From Sphyrna mokarran (Eukaryota): a DNA stretch of 64,000 nucleotides. Position numbers and translations under genes: made by a program. The notes under the pieces were generated by a model that ran no database searches, was not told the origin of the DNA, and saw nothing but the letters and a program-made list of their open reading frames with translations. Below are positions 37,589-49,189 of this stretch, one piece after another. The number at the start of each line of letters is the position of its first letter. The stretch's first letter is position 1. The stretch covers positions 54,808,001 to 54,872,000 of the forward strand of contig JAGIQG010000004.1 in NCBI GenBank assembly GCA_024679065.1, in the 5' to 3' direction.

Positions 37589-40500
37589 CTGCAAGGTCAA
37601 TGTTTAAAAATATTGTTTACTGGTTACATCGCAAGTCCCATGGTACGCTGTTCAAAAAGTTCATCAGAAGGACATGCAGATTATCTTATAGACAGCATAG
37701 GGGCAAAGTCAACAGAGATATATTTCCTGCTTTATCTCATGGGTGTTGATGTTACACTGGTGTATTTTGTTTCTCTGATCGGTTACTCGGCTCCACCTGA
37801 GATTACTCACCTCATTACGTTTATGCTTTGGAGTTTTGTTCAAATCTAATGCGGCATAATGCACATATTCACTCGCATTTTCCTGCTTGGACAAAATGGA
37901 AAATTTTTGTTACGTGGCTGGTTCATTGTGTTCATCAGTTTACACTAATTTTGGTCAAACATTGAGCGGATTAACCTGGGATCGAACAGACCTGTGCAAA
38001 ATATAATTAATTTACATTTACCTTAGTGCGAATATGAAGGCACTCGACACTTTACACTCCTATATCAAATGTTGAAACTCGCCAAGTTCACTCGACATAA
38101 CTGTTATATAAATGTTGAAACAGGCGGCAATTTCATTACATACAGGTTATCTCCGATCTGACTGCATAAATCAATTGAGGTAAACTTATTAACTGTATTT
38201 TCATCGAGATAAGCCGTTCTCCTTTCTAAACGTTTATCGTTGTTTGCCAATAAAGCAGCCGGTGGCAACTGAATTTCCAAATCCGATTGAAATGTGAAAT
38301 TTCACTGAGACAAAACAAGATTCGGAGATGCCAGCGTTGGACTGGGATAGGCGCAGTAAGAGGTCTCACAGCACCAGGTTAAAAATTCACCTGATGCAGG
38401 AGCAGCGCCCCGAAACTTCGTGATTCCAAAAAAAACCTTTTGAACTTTAACCTGGTATTGTGAGACCTCTTACTGAGACAAAACAATTAAATTTATTAAA
38501 CGGACTTAAACTGGGCTGATGTGATTATATTCACTTTTCATTATATCAATCTTCTCTGGTGTTTCAAAAAACTGCCTGTAAATGAATGAACTTACCAGTT
38601 CCTGTCTCCGATTCCCTCCTCTTACACGTTCATCTTTACCTGGAAATAAGTGAAATTGAGTGATACTGAAAGAAAAACTTTCTGAAGATGAGTCTTACGG
38701 ATCCGAAATGTTTACTCTGTGAGCCTCTGCATAGACGCTACTAGAAGTGTTGTCCAGGATTTTCTGATTTTCACCTTATTTTTCACGTCAGAGATTGCAT
38801 CACATCAGAGATGGTCAGAGAGAAAAAGCTCAAGAGGATTTTCAATTTCGCAATGTGCGGAAAATAATTGAAATCCTTAACAACAACAGGGTGCTTTAAA
38901 ATATTTCGCGGAAACTGTCGTGATATTTTACATTCTTCGAGAAGGCGGGCAAGTGCCGAACATCAACAATGGTAATATTGCGTGACTGAGCAGGCGCGAG
39001 GAGCCATCTGGTCGACTAATCTGGTCTACTGTTTCTTATGCAGCTCTGTGCACAACCGTTCCCGGACCATAGCCACAGTTAAATCTAATTGTGACTACAC
39101 CAAGTAGTAATTTGGAAACCAATTTTGTGTCAGAGTGTATTTCGTTCATCTGGTTCCAAAAGGAAATGCGTTTGGAAACATCTAGCTAATTACTTTCATC
39201 TTTATTATATCTCTTTTGTCCTAAAATATAATTTCGGCAATTAGTCCTTCCTCAAAACCATACGACTCGTTTCAACTTTAACTCCGAACTGTATTTTTTT
39301 CTGTTCTGTTCCCTGGAAACTGTCAGTAGTCCCAAAAGTATGTGCGAAAATCAAGTGTTACTTTACCTTCATTCTTTAGCATTTGTTTCCGCCTCCTAAT
39401 GACGATCGCAAGCACGAGGAACGACAATCCAACCAGTGCACACACTGGAATCGAATAGTAAATATTTTCTGCAAGATTAATTGCAACATGAGGTAATAGT
39501 GCGTATTAAATTAAAAGAAAATAGGTTCCAAGACAGTTTATTATTTAAACCATAGTGATGGTTGCACTGACCCCGCAGAGTTGAACAGAAATAGAACGTT
39601 CGAATACAAAAGCTTGTTTGCAGCTAAATATCTGCAGTATCTTCTTTCTCGAATGTTTGATGCATTATTGTTGAGTCTACGAAGACTATAAGACTGGAGT
39701 CACATGAAGGCCAGGCCGGGAAAGGGTGACTGAACACCTTTCCTCAAAGTCATCAGAGAACCAGGTGCGTTTATTTGCGTCAGAATTATAGTTTCATGAC
39801 ACATTACTAAAACGAATGTTTAGTTCAGTATTTATTCGTTGGTTTTAAATGTCATGATGTGATTTGAAGCGATATCCTTACAGCTTTAGCCTGCACGTCT
39901 TGAGTAATAGTGGCATTAAAATCTCGCCACCATCTTCCCTTAGTAGCATGTCATTGGAGATGATTGGACAACATCCAAATGGTTCACCCATAATTGCCGC
40001 CTATCAAGCTACTCCGTTTAAGGGCAATTAGGGATAAATAATAAATGATGGCCTAGCCAGCGACGTTCACATTCCATGGAAGAGTTTACTTTAAAAAATG
40101 CAGTGAAGCGGACATACAGCGTTTTTACCGGTTAGAGTTTAAATGAGATTTATGAAACTGCTTTCAGTTACAACCATCATGTTTTTAAGTAGGATAAGAA
40201 GCTGGTGAGTTTGTTATTCTAAAGCTCTGCACAGAACGTAACCGAACGTGTAACAATATCGAAATCTCACGGCAATCAGTCCTTGCGCAAACAACGGGCC
40301 TGCCGGTCATAACAAAAGTTTTCAAGCAAGAGGAGTTCGCAACGATCAAGTTTAAAGCATTTTCAACAAAATAAACAGAAAGTGAAAAAGACTAATAATA
40401 TTCAAGTTAAGAAATATTACATTAGAAAATATGAACGAATGCTTAATATTGTTCCATTAAAAATAGAGGAATTTGAAAGCAAATACGTTTGGATTTTTGT

Positions 40501-43500
40501 TCTCATTTATGGGATGTGAGCTTTGCAGACGAAGCCAACATTGCCCATTCTCAATTGCTCCTGAACGGAATGGCCTGCTAGAAAGTTGCAGAGGGCAGTT
40601 AAGAACCAATCACTTCGCTCTGGCTCTGAAGTCACATGTAAACCCGGCTGAATAAGGACGGCAGATTTCCTTCCCTGAAGGACATTGGTGAACCAGAGTG
40701 GCTTTTACCACAATCGATCACAGTCTCATGGTCACTATTACTAAGATTAGCCTGATACCCCATAGCTATTAATTGAATTATGTTTCCAGAAGCTGCTCTT
40801 GTGGGATGCGAATCCATGTCCTTAGATTGATTACTTGCCTGAATGCATGGCTGACTATATAAATCGATTTGAAGACATTGCATTAAATTCAGTGTAAAGG
40901 CACTTTAATGTTTCTGTTGATACTTCTCGTGAATTTTCGTGATTATTAATATGCATAAAACTTACGAAAAATTTCACTATGAATTCTACTGTAGGTGGCT
41001 TTCGTTTTACAATAGTTTTTCCCCTACCTTGGTTAGATTTAAGAATTGTGTAGGCCACAATAGCCGGAGTCTTGAGGGTGACATGAGATACCAGACATGA
41101 AATATTGACGTCCCTCGGTACAGGCTGATTCTCAACCAAAGTGCTGGAAACTTCATACAGTCCATCTCTGTTCTGCACTTTACTGGTGTGTATTCCTGAT
41201 GAAGTTTCGACGCCATTTTTATACCAAGTGAGGGTGTAATTTTCCGGATAAAATGCAGCTGTTTCACAGACAAGGATCAGAGGCACAGTCGAATTCCCTT
41301 CAGTTGTCCTGGAGAAAAGATTTAGTGGGGTTGGGGCCACTGCGGAGCAGAAAATGAACAAAGTACTGTGCACTGTTTGGAAAAATTAAATATACTTATG
41401 GCGTTCGGTTAATATTCTTACTCACTGGTAATTCCTATTCGTTGCATTTGAATATTACACACAAGATCAGTGTAGATCTAATACATATAAAGACCGACAT
41501 TTGATCAACTCCAATAATTTTTGAATTCCGTGTGGGATACGGTGAGGTAATTTGCTAATCAACGTTTAAAGCGGCTAGAGAATTAAATATTGATGAGACC
41601 GTCATCTCGCTGAGTTCTTACGTTGTTTTGTATGCAATGACATGACAGAGAGTGACGAATAATAATCATATTCTTGATGATAAAATGAGCATTGTAATGC
41701 TTCTTTAAAGCCACAGCTTGGTATTTGATTAAACAAACAACTTTCAGTTGACTCTGCCGAAGTTTCGCCAAGATGTAGAGATGCCGGCGTTGGACTGGGG
41801 TAAACACAGTAAGAAGTCTGACAACATCAGTTTTAAATCCAACCGATTTATTTAATAGTAAACTCGCAAGCTTTCGGTTTTATGGCCTTCGTCAGGCGAA
41901 TGAGGTGTTCTGTTCTCCAATAGCACACATATCAGCGCAGACAGTTTACGATCACTGATTAGAATGCGAATCTTTACACCTAACGTACACCTAGCGGTCA
42001 CGGGCATTCGCCCTCCGACCTTCGGGTAAACGTTCTTCAAGGGGGTCTTCACGACACACTACAGCATAGAGCCGCTGAGCAGAGACTGATAGCCAGGTTC
42101 CGCACACATGAGGACGGTCTTAACGGGGATCTTGGCATCATGTCACACTATCTGTAACCTCCATGACTTGCCTGGGTTAGCAAAAAAATCTCACTTACTG
42201 GAGATAATACACATCTCTCTAACCTGTGCTCAGTGCTCCTTCACTCACATTGTTAGCCACTTTAAGACTTGAATGGCAGGTTAGGTGTAAAGATTCGCAT
42301 TCTAATCAGTAATCTGTAAACTGACTGTGCTGATATGTGTGCTATTGGAGAACAGAACACCTCATTTACCTGACGAAGGCTACAAAGGCCGAAAGCTTGC
42401 GAGTTTACTACCAAATAAATCGGTTGGATTTAAAACTGCTGTTGTCAGACTTCTTACGAAATTTCGCCAACACAGCCTCTCTGTTCAATTGCAGGCAAAA
42501 TATTGCAGACGCTGGAATCTGAAACAGCCTCTCTGTGTTGTTTATTTATTTGAAAATTAGTGAACTGGCAGCCATGTATGTCTGAAACTCCAATCTGTTG
42601 AGTAAATCGATTTGGTCCACAGTTAAACATTGAGTATTTGAATATGTGCCGTATCGTTCTTTGAAATTTACTTTAAGGAATACTTGTATTCATGGACTAT
42701 TAAAACTAAGCCAAAAGCTTTGTGTATATATCTTGGGAATAGCCCAGTAGTATAAAAGATTTTCAGTTAATTTTACTTTAGGAATTCATTCTGAATGTCA
42801 CCAATGTAAATCTGGTGCAGAAATTCACTTCATTGTTGTGATGTGTTTGATAAATATTACTAATATATTCAGTACTCTCCGAGTGGCATTGCAGGTATAA
42901 TTAGCATTTTTAATGTAGAGGACACGAATAAACAACTAACTTATCGTGAAATATGTTCATAGGCATGATTTCCCCGACAAAAAGTATGCATATCCCCGAT
43001 TGTTGCGTTTAATATATTATGGCGATCTCCCTCGCCATGTATTTCAATCTTACCATGTACAGTTAGCTGCGATCCAGTTCCATTTCCTTGACCTTCTCCC
43101 TGACAGATCACCGTACAGTAATGGGTCCCAGCGTCTTGCAATATCACATTTGTTAAGCGAAAGAAACGACTCACTTTATTTTCCATACCAAACTTTTTTC
43201 TCTTGTCTGAGCTTGAATGCAGGAATTCGTTCTCACCATGTTTCCACCACAATACCCGTACCCAGGATTGGGATGGAAAAATGGGGAATATGCAGTAGGA
43301 GGTGAAGTTTCCCCCTCTGGATACAATCATTTCTACTGGCGTTTGGGACACAGTGAACGAAGTATGGTCCGTATCTGTCAGAAAGATAGACAAACATACG
43401 TTAATTGCATTAGATACAACATAAATGTAGAAAAGTGAAGAGAGGAATTAAGGTTTTTTAAATTGATATGAAAACTATTTCCTTGGAAGTTATTAATTAA

Positions 43501-43584
43501 AGTAACATTGCAAGTAAAAAAACTAGTGCCTGTAAGAATAATTCCTCGGAGGATCAAGCATAGAAATACTATGATCGTTGTCAT
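37424..43584 (-). CDS. Ig-superfamily inhibitory receptor, L-V(J)-C1-TM-cytoplasmic (2 ITIM + ITSM-like); SIRP/NITR/NKp30-like architecture; 7 exons, 356 aa
   Basis: Exons 43584-43530, 43374-43054, 41339-41028, 39468-39367, 38639-38596, 37882-37811 and 37588-37424 sum to 1071 nt. They join into one open frame with consistent phases (1,1,1,1,0,0), AG acceptors and GT donors (GC for intron 1), ending at TAG. Confidence 0.9.
37811..37882 (-). CDS. Exon 6, cytoplasmic exon with ITIM VHYAAL
   Basis: ENASEYVHYAALDLNKTPKHKRNE; tandem AAGCAG acceptor, donor GAG|gtgagt. Confidence 0.88.
38319..38471. mobile_element. Short palindromic Penelope-derived element in intron 5
   Basis: Inverted arms cagtaagaggtctcaca..ccaggttaaa / tttaacctgg..tgtgagacctcttactg; TSD ACTGAGACAAAACAA. 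Confidence 0.75.
38596..38639 (-). CDS. Exon 5, short cytoplasmic exon GKDERVRGGNRRQEL
   Basis: Acceptor tatttccag, donor CTG|gtaagt; 44 nt converts phase 1 to phase 0 as required by the next exon. Confidence 0.8.
39367..39468 (-). CDS. Exon 4, transmembrane segment (uncharged) plus RRRK stop-transfer
   Basis: ENIYYSIPVCALVGLSFLVLAIVIRRRKQMLKNE; acceptor tcttgcag, donor G|gtaaag, phase 1-1. Confidence 0.9.
41028..41339 (-). CDS. Exon 3, C1-set Ig domain
   Basis: LVCETAAFYPENYTLTWYKNG...DGLYEVSSTL...ISCLVSHVTL (C1 motifs FYP, WxxNG, CxVxH); acceptor ctccgcag, donor G|gtaggg. Confidence 0.95.
41772..42456 (+). mobile_element. Penelope-like element with inverted pLTRs in the V-C1 intron
   Basis: About 180-bp inverted arms around a GIY-YIG C-terminal remnant; hammerhead cores in both arms; TSD CGAAGTTTCGCCAA/CGAAATTTCGCCAA. 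Confidence 0.88.
41862..41901 (-). ncRNA. Minimal type I hammerhead ribozyme motif (Penelope pLTR)
   Basis: AUUCGC-CUGACGA-AGGCCAUAAAACC-GAAA-GC-UU-GCGAGU: stem I pairs 6/6 (one G-U), conserved CUGANGA/GAAA core, palindromic AGCU stem III. Confidence 0.65.
43054..43374 (-). CDS. Exon 2, V-set Ig domain with built-in J-like G strand
   Basis: FTVSQTP...GGNFTSYC...VLWWK...LTNVILQDAGTHYC...GNGTGSQLTVH; acceptor tttctgacag, donor G|gtaaga. Confidence 0.95.
43530..43584 (-). CDS. Exon 1, signal peptide MTTIIVFLCLILRGIILT
   Basis: ATG followed by a hydrophobic 18-mer. Phase-1 end at ACAG|gcacta matches the phase-1 start of the V exon about 155 nt downstream. The donor is a non-canonical GC. Confidence 0.7.
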
Positions 43585-43670
43585 AATTTGCAAGGCTTCC
43601 AACTCTTGCCTCTGTAGTAACTGCGAGTTTACAATTTTTAAAAATAACTTGCTGTTAATTTTCCTTCAGA

Positions 43671-43710
43671 GACGTCGTAGTGACGTTTAACATCCGGAAA
43701 GTGAGGTTTC
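43671..43710 (-). promoter_or_regulatory. Candidate proximal promoter of the inhibitory receptor gene
   Basis: About 90-125 nt upstream of the ATG: CRE half-sites (GACGTC, TGACGT), an Ets core CCGGAA and an overlapping IRF-like GAAAGTGA. Short motif matches only. Confidence 0.35.
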
Positions 43711-44891
43711 AAAAACTACGCTTCAATTTTTAAGTGAGATTTTCTAATTTTTGCAACTAGTTAATTTCCTGGAATTACATGTTTTGCAAGCAGCACAAAG
43801 CAAGGAGAATTTAGATTTTCTAAAACTGAATTTATGAACATTCTCCGATTTGGTTTGTTTCCTGACAGGTAATGGTCTTGTAATTACGATGGCCAGCAGA
43901 GAGATTGTGAACGAAAATGAATTGAAAATACGCACCATGGTCATATTCAGACTACTGTAATCACAAGTGCTGGAGAGACATGATCTGGAAGCTGGCAACG
44001 TGTGCATTGTCTTCAGTGAGAACCAGAAGGTTGGGAATATGTTGACTTTTTCCAAGGAGACCACAGTCGAATCTGAGTTTTTCGGAAAGGAGTGATGACA
44101 ATGGTATCCATGGGCATAATGTCGTCAGACAAGCCACCTGTTACCATTTGGCTATGATGGGGACTGAAAAATTGGGCGACAAGTTGTTCATTCGCATGTA
44201 GACTATGGCTCAGAAAATGCTTCATAGATAATACGTGTTTAGAGCGTATTTGGGGAAGAACACGAGAGGTTTCTGAGTTACAGCGTTTCCCGTTATGGTA
44301 AGATGTGGAGTAGAAATTTGGTTCGCTAGATAAATGGAAAGAAGGAAGCATTAGAAATCATTGGCTGGAAGATAATTTGATGACAAAGGATTCCTTGAAC
44401 GTCCTGTAATATTCGCTAAGCGAAGAAGGTTGAGAGATTTGAGCAGAATGTTTTGGGTTTGAGGATGGGTAGGGAGGGTGAATGTGCAGGGTGGTGGTTT
44501 GTTTGTGATGAGCGTGGCAGTCGGAGTGTAGGGAAAGAAATAATTATTTATCGTTGCTCTCCAGCACAGTTATCCAGTAATGAGCAGCTGTGGTTGTGAA
44601 CGGTGAGACTTTAGGAAGCTTCTCTTGATTTAATCAGATGAGGCTCTGGATGGTTAGACCTGCCAATCCTTTTGGAATTGAGAATGTGAAGGTTAGTGCT
44701 ATACCATTATTACAGTAAACATTCGAGACCGTGGGACATGTATTTTGACTATGTGCGCTTAGTCTTTATTTCCTTTCTTTTCTCAATAGATTTCTAAATG
44801 TTTCATTCAAGGAATGCACTGTTTCACATCTGTATCCTAGAAAGACATTTTGCTACAAAGCCGTATTACCTGTTCGGCGTCACAGAAAATT

Positions 44892-44947
44892 GTCAAGTAT
44901 ATTATTGTCGCATGCTTCTTCTCAAGTATATTATTGTCGCATGCTTC
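44892..44947. repeat. 29-bp tandem duplication
   Basis: tcaagtatattattgtcgcatgcttc occurs twice in tandem. Confidence 0.85.
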
Positions 44948-46924
44948 AAAGTAGTTTTTTTTGGATACAATTATTCAACCAGAGAGAGTGCTTCATACTC
45001 AACGGTGTCTCATTTCCAGCTCCGTCGATTATGAGTTGGATGCTCACTCCGGAGGCTTCAAAAGTTAATCTGAATTGCAAGATATTGGTCTCCTAGGTGA
45101 ATGCTACAGTATTAGAGATGTCGCATTTCGGATGAGGTGTCCAGTAGCCGCAACTGCTTCGTAAAACTGCCTTTTCTTCTCCAGTTCTTACTTCCTTTTT
45201 CCCCCCTTTCCATGAAACATTTGCTCCTCGATGTGAATTGGATCACATCGAAGATTAACTACTGCGATGGGAACACCAAAATGAATGGTGAAAAACGAGA
45301 TAAATATTACACAGCCAACTGAGACAGCCAACCGTCTTAGTGTGAAGATGAATTCGGAATTGGGAGAGATTGTGCCCAGTTTCACGGAATTCAGTTATTC
45401 AGATAGGCAGGAGACGTTGGGAACATTCTTTTTAGAACAGAAACAAGGAAAAATAAATGTGATAATAGTTTTCGAAACTATGAGTGATTTTACAGAAGTA
45501 AATTGGGAATTTGTTTCTAGGATTTGTAAGGTAAACACGCACATCTATCATGATTAGCAAATTAATCAGAGATGAGAAACATTTATGGTCACTGCACTAT
45601 ATTCTCCCTTTTTCCTTCAGGGATGTTGAGTCGCTGGAAAGACCACCATTTGTTACTTATCTCGAATTGCCCTATCAGAGCATAATCAGGAATTAACCAT
45701 TTCGTTGTAGATCTGGAGTCACGTGCCAGCCAGACTGGACAATAAGACAAATTTCCTTCTCTAAGAGGTATTACTGAAAAAAACATCACTAATGGTAGAT
45801 TTAGATTCCAAATAAAATAACTGCAGTCAAGTACCTCAATAGCTTAAATACGAGTGAATGTGCTGGTATTGGATCCAATGCTGCCAAATCGTTACAATAG
45901 ATCTTCTTAATTATTTGGTCAGTCATTACCACCTAAACCACCGTCTTCGCACTCTGTACTGCTCATGCTGAGCAATGTTTGGCATCAAATAAACGGATGC
46001 CAAAACTTTCGAAATACTTGACTGAAAAACGTTTTAATTGCAGCCCATTAAAGGAGCAGCGTTAAGTACTGAATTCGATTACACTGAAACAAGTTGCGGG
46101 AGATAATACTGATCAGGAGAGAAAATAGGTATGTTTACGTAAGACCGAGTTTCCACGGAACTTTGAAGCTGCTGTCCTGCATTTATGTGGTATCGGAACA
46201 TTTTGGTTTACGCTGATATGGATCGAGTACTACATCTTAAAAAAAAGATGTTTGGAGCAACAAACCACTAACTAGTAAGGAAAAGGAAAATATGTCCCCA
46301 AACCGTGGCTTGACCACAAAAAAAAGTCCTTGATCAGTTGAAATGCGCGATTATTACATTGAATATTATGAAGAGAAATAAGGATATCTAACAATAACAT
46401 ACCACAGAAAATTGGGAGCTAAAGGCGAACATTCAAAGATGAATAAAAGTGGACATTTATAAGAAAACAAGTACCAAATATTATGATAGAATTCTATATT
46501 GATAGAATACCAATACTTAATGGCAAATGTTCACGTCAAATCTATGCATTAGCAGAACAAGAGAAAGGGTGCTAACATAATCTTGTTATTCTTTATAGTT
46601 ATTCAGTCAATTTGCTTTTCGGGATTTTAAAAGCTTCATGAAAGTATATGGTTCAATATCTAAGCCTGGTACAATAATAAATTAATTCTTGTTTACCTCG
46701 CAACATTTGCAGAAGCAACGAATTCAGTGCGTTCTGATTATCGGAAGTTGACAAAATTTTCCAACAGGCATTTTTTTGCACTCTCGGTATTCTTGCCTTC
46801 TATTTTTTTCTGCGAATTATTGTTAGTTTCATAATCACTAGTGTAATGAAACTATCCTTTTGTAGTTTGGATTAATATGTTCTGATGCATTTTCTGCTCA
46901 AATTGATGAAGCCATTTGACAAAA

Positions 46925-47062
46925 GCAAAACCAGAATTATTGAAAACCAGACAGTTTAGTTCACGAGAATGCCTTAATGGTGAGACAGTCAACAAAAACA
47001 AAACCAGAATTATTGGAAACGAGACAGGTTAGTTAAGGAGACAGCCTTAATTGTGAGACAAT
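46925..47062. repeat. About 73-bp diverged tandem duplication
   Basis: caaaaccagaattattg.aaac.agacag.ttagtt...gccttaat.gtgagaca occurs twice. Confidence 0.8.
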
Positions 47063-48129
47063 TAAGGAATAATTAGTTCATTGATGGAAATGCTAGGAAT
47101 ACTGGAAACGTAATTTGGAAAATAAAACTTTCTAACTTTTATAATTATGAACAAATAATTATTTGCTTGTTAATACCGATCTTAAAGTGCCGTGGGAATA
47201 AAAATCTAGTATACTTCTCGGACCACACAATAAAAAGAGATAATATGACTTGTTAATCTTGTCTAGAAAGAATGAGTAGGCACTTGTTTAAGGCAATGTT
47301 GAAAAATGTGGGCAGCCAGGAAAAGAGAGAGGTTTTGATGAATAAACGTTAAGAGTTATTTTCTAAGTTTTTTGGAGTCGTCACTTCAGAACCTGGTCTT
47401 TGAAGGTGACCAGAAGTTTCTTCAATTGATAAAGATGAGCTTTCTCTTCTTATTGCTATTAACGAATAGCACATTGTTATTAATTAGCACTTTGCCTTTT
47501 ATCTTTCAGACATTGTAACTTTTCCATAGTTAATAAACATTTCGTACTCGCCATTTAGTGTGACCTTTCTTCCAATGTAGTTGAATCTCTGGAACGTGAT
47601 ACGATTTTTAAATGGGTGATAATTACAAACAAGTGACCCCCACAAATCTTAGATCAGATAAATAAAATATATATACAATACTGCCTCTGCATGGAGAAGA
47701 TTCCGAAGGATACAGGGGACGTCGCTTCACTCCTGATTGATTGAGAATTGCTTGGCATTTTTCTAAAAGGCTTTGAAAGAAATTGGAGATTGAAGTCTCC
47801 AAACATATATATTTCACGAACTTTCACCCCTTAACGAGAATAACGAACATGCTAATATTGGTGTCCATCAAATATTCTGTTGAGGGCACGGATTTTCCCC
47901 ACAATTCCGTCTAACAAAAGTTCCCACCGCACCACTACAACCCCACCCCCTCCCCCCAACAAACACCCATCACCTTACGCCATTCTGTTAGAAATGACGC
48001 TGCTGACTACCAGCAAATTTCCAGAAACTGACTATCTCTCAACTGTGGTCCACAAGGCCAGGGGTAATTGGCTGGTCAAAACGCTCAATGAACTATTTCA
48101 GTCCAGATGCCAGTAAGGAATCACTTCAC

Positions 48130-48600
48130 AAAAAAAGAAATATGCTTCCATTATCGACATATACAAATTGAAAGAATCTCTGCAATCTTATGAATCTCAC
48201 TTTTCATCATCAGAAAAGTATTCAACAGACTCCTATCGAGCATTCAGTGCATCATCTTGACCAGATTGTGCAACCAGAGAGATAAAGTGGTTTCAGAAAA
48301 AGTTAAGGGAGATAAAATAGCATGTCTGCAGAAAGACGGCTCAAGGATGAAAGTTAGGGAAATAACACGGACTTCGTCACCACTTTTGTTAACCTGACCA
48401 TTTCCTTCAACACATTCCGTCATGAGAGCATTTGAAAGGTACTGGAGAAGTTAGGCTGCACTGGGAAAGTCATCACAATAGTTTAGCAGTTTCACCACGG
48501 CGTGCTGACGGATGTATTAGATGATGCTGAGTCATCTGACTCATACCTTGTCACTAATGGAATAAAACAGGGCGCCGTGCATGTTTTTGTTAATCAGCAG
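48130..48600 (+). mobile_element. Old RTE-type LINE fragment
   Basis: Decayed KVLEKLGC..KVITIV.QFHHG...VTNGIKQG, homologous to the RT segment at 4430-4610. Confidence 0.6.
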
Positions 48601-48602
48601 GA

Positions 48603-49185
48603 CCAAAGAACAAAGAACAAAACAGCACGTGAAACAGGCCCTTTGGCCCAACGAGCCCGCGCCGCCACCTCGATGTTCCCACCTCTTCCGTGATCCCTGT
48701 CTATGTTTATAGATCTGTGGATTAAAAACCAAATTTGAGACAATATAGGGAAAATTTGTTTTGCCAATTAGCCTAAGAGCACATCTTTGGAATGTGGGAG
48801 GAAATCGGAGCACCCGGAGAAAACCCACGCAAGCACGGGGAGAATGCGCAAACTCCTACAGACAAAGGCCCAAATCCATGTATCTGTACAGCACAGCGAT
48901 AGTCACTGAGCTGTCATGTTGCCCATCAAATGGTCCAGGTAAAGCGTACACTAACGACGTGAAGCACTAGGATACTCTCAAAATCCAAGAGCAGCACTCT
49001 CACGACCCATCGCGTGTATGCCCCTTGTTAAACAGCAAGGTGGACCAAAGCACTTGTAGGATAAAAACAAGTGCATCAATATCATCGTCTATTTACACAC
49101 TTCCCAGAGACTCCCAAGGCTCATGATCCCGATTTCAAATCAAATCAAATTTTCTATACCCCTCCATTCCCATTCTCTTCATGTG
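48603..49185 (-). mobile_element. CR1 3' end with SINE-containing 3' UTR (copy C)
   Basis: Last ORF2 codons (GMEGY) followed by the same linker, V-SINE body and tail as copy A. Confidence 0.85.
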
Positions 49186-49189
49186 CCCA

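Noticed and set aside
43348-43360. RSS-like heptamer CACAGTG in the V exon
   Set aside because: It lies in the FTVSQ codons at the start of the domain, with no nonamer at 12/23 spacing; V and J-like strands are already joined.
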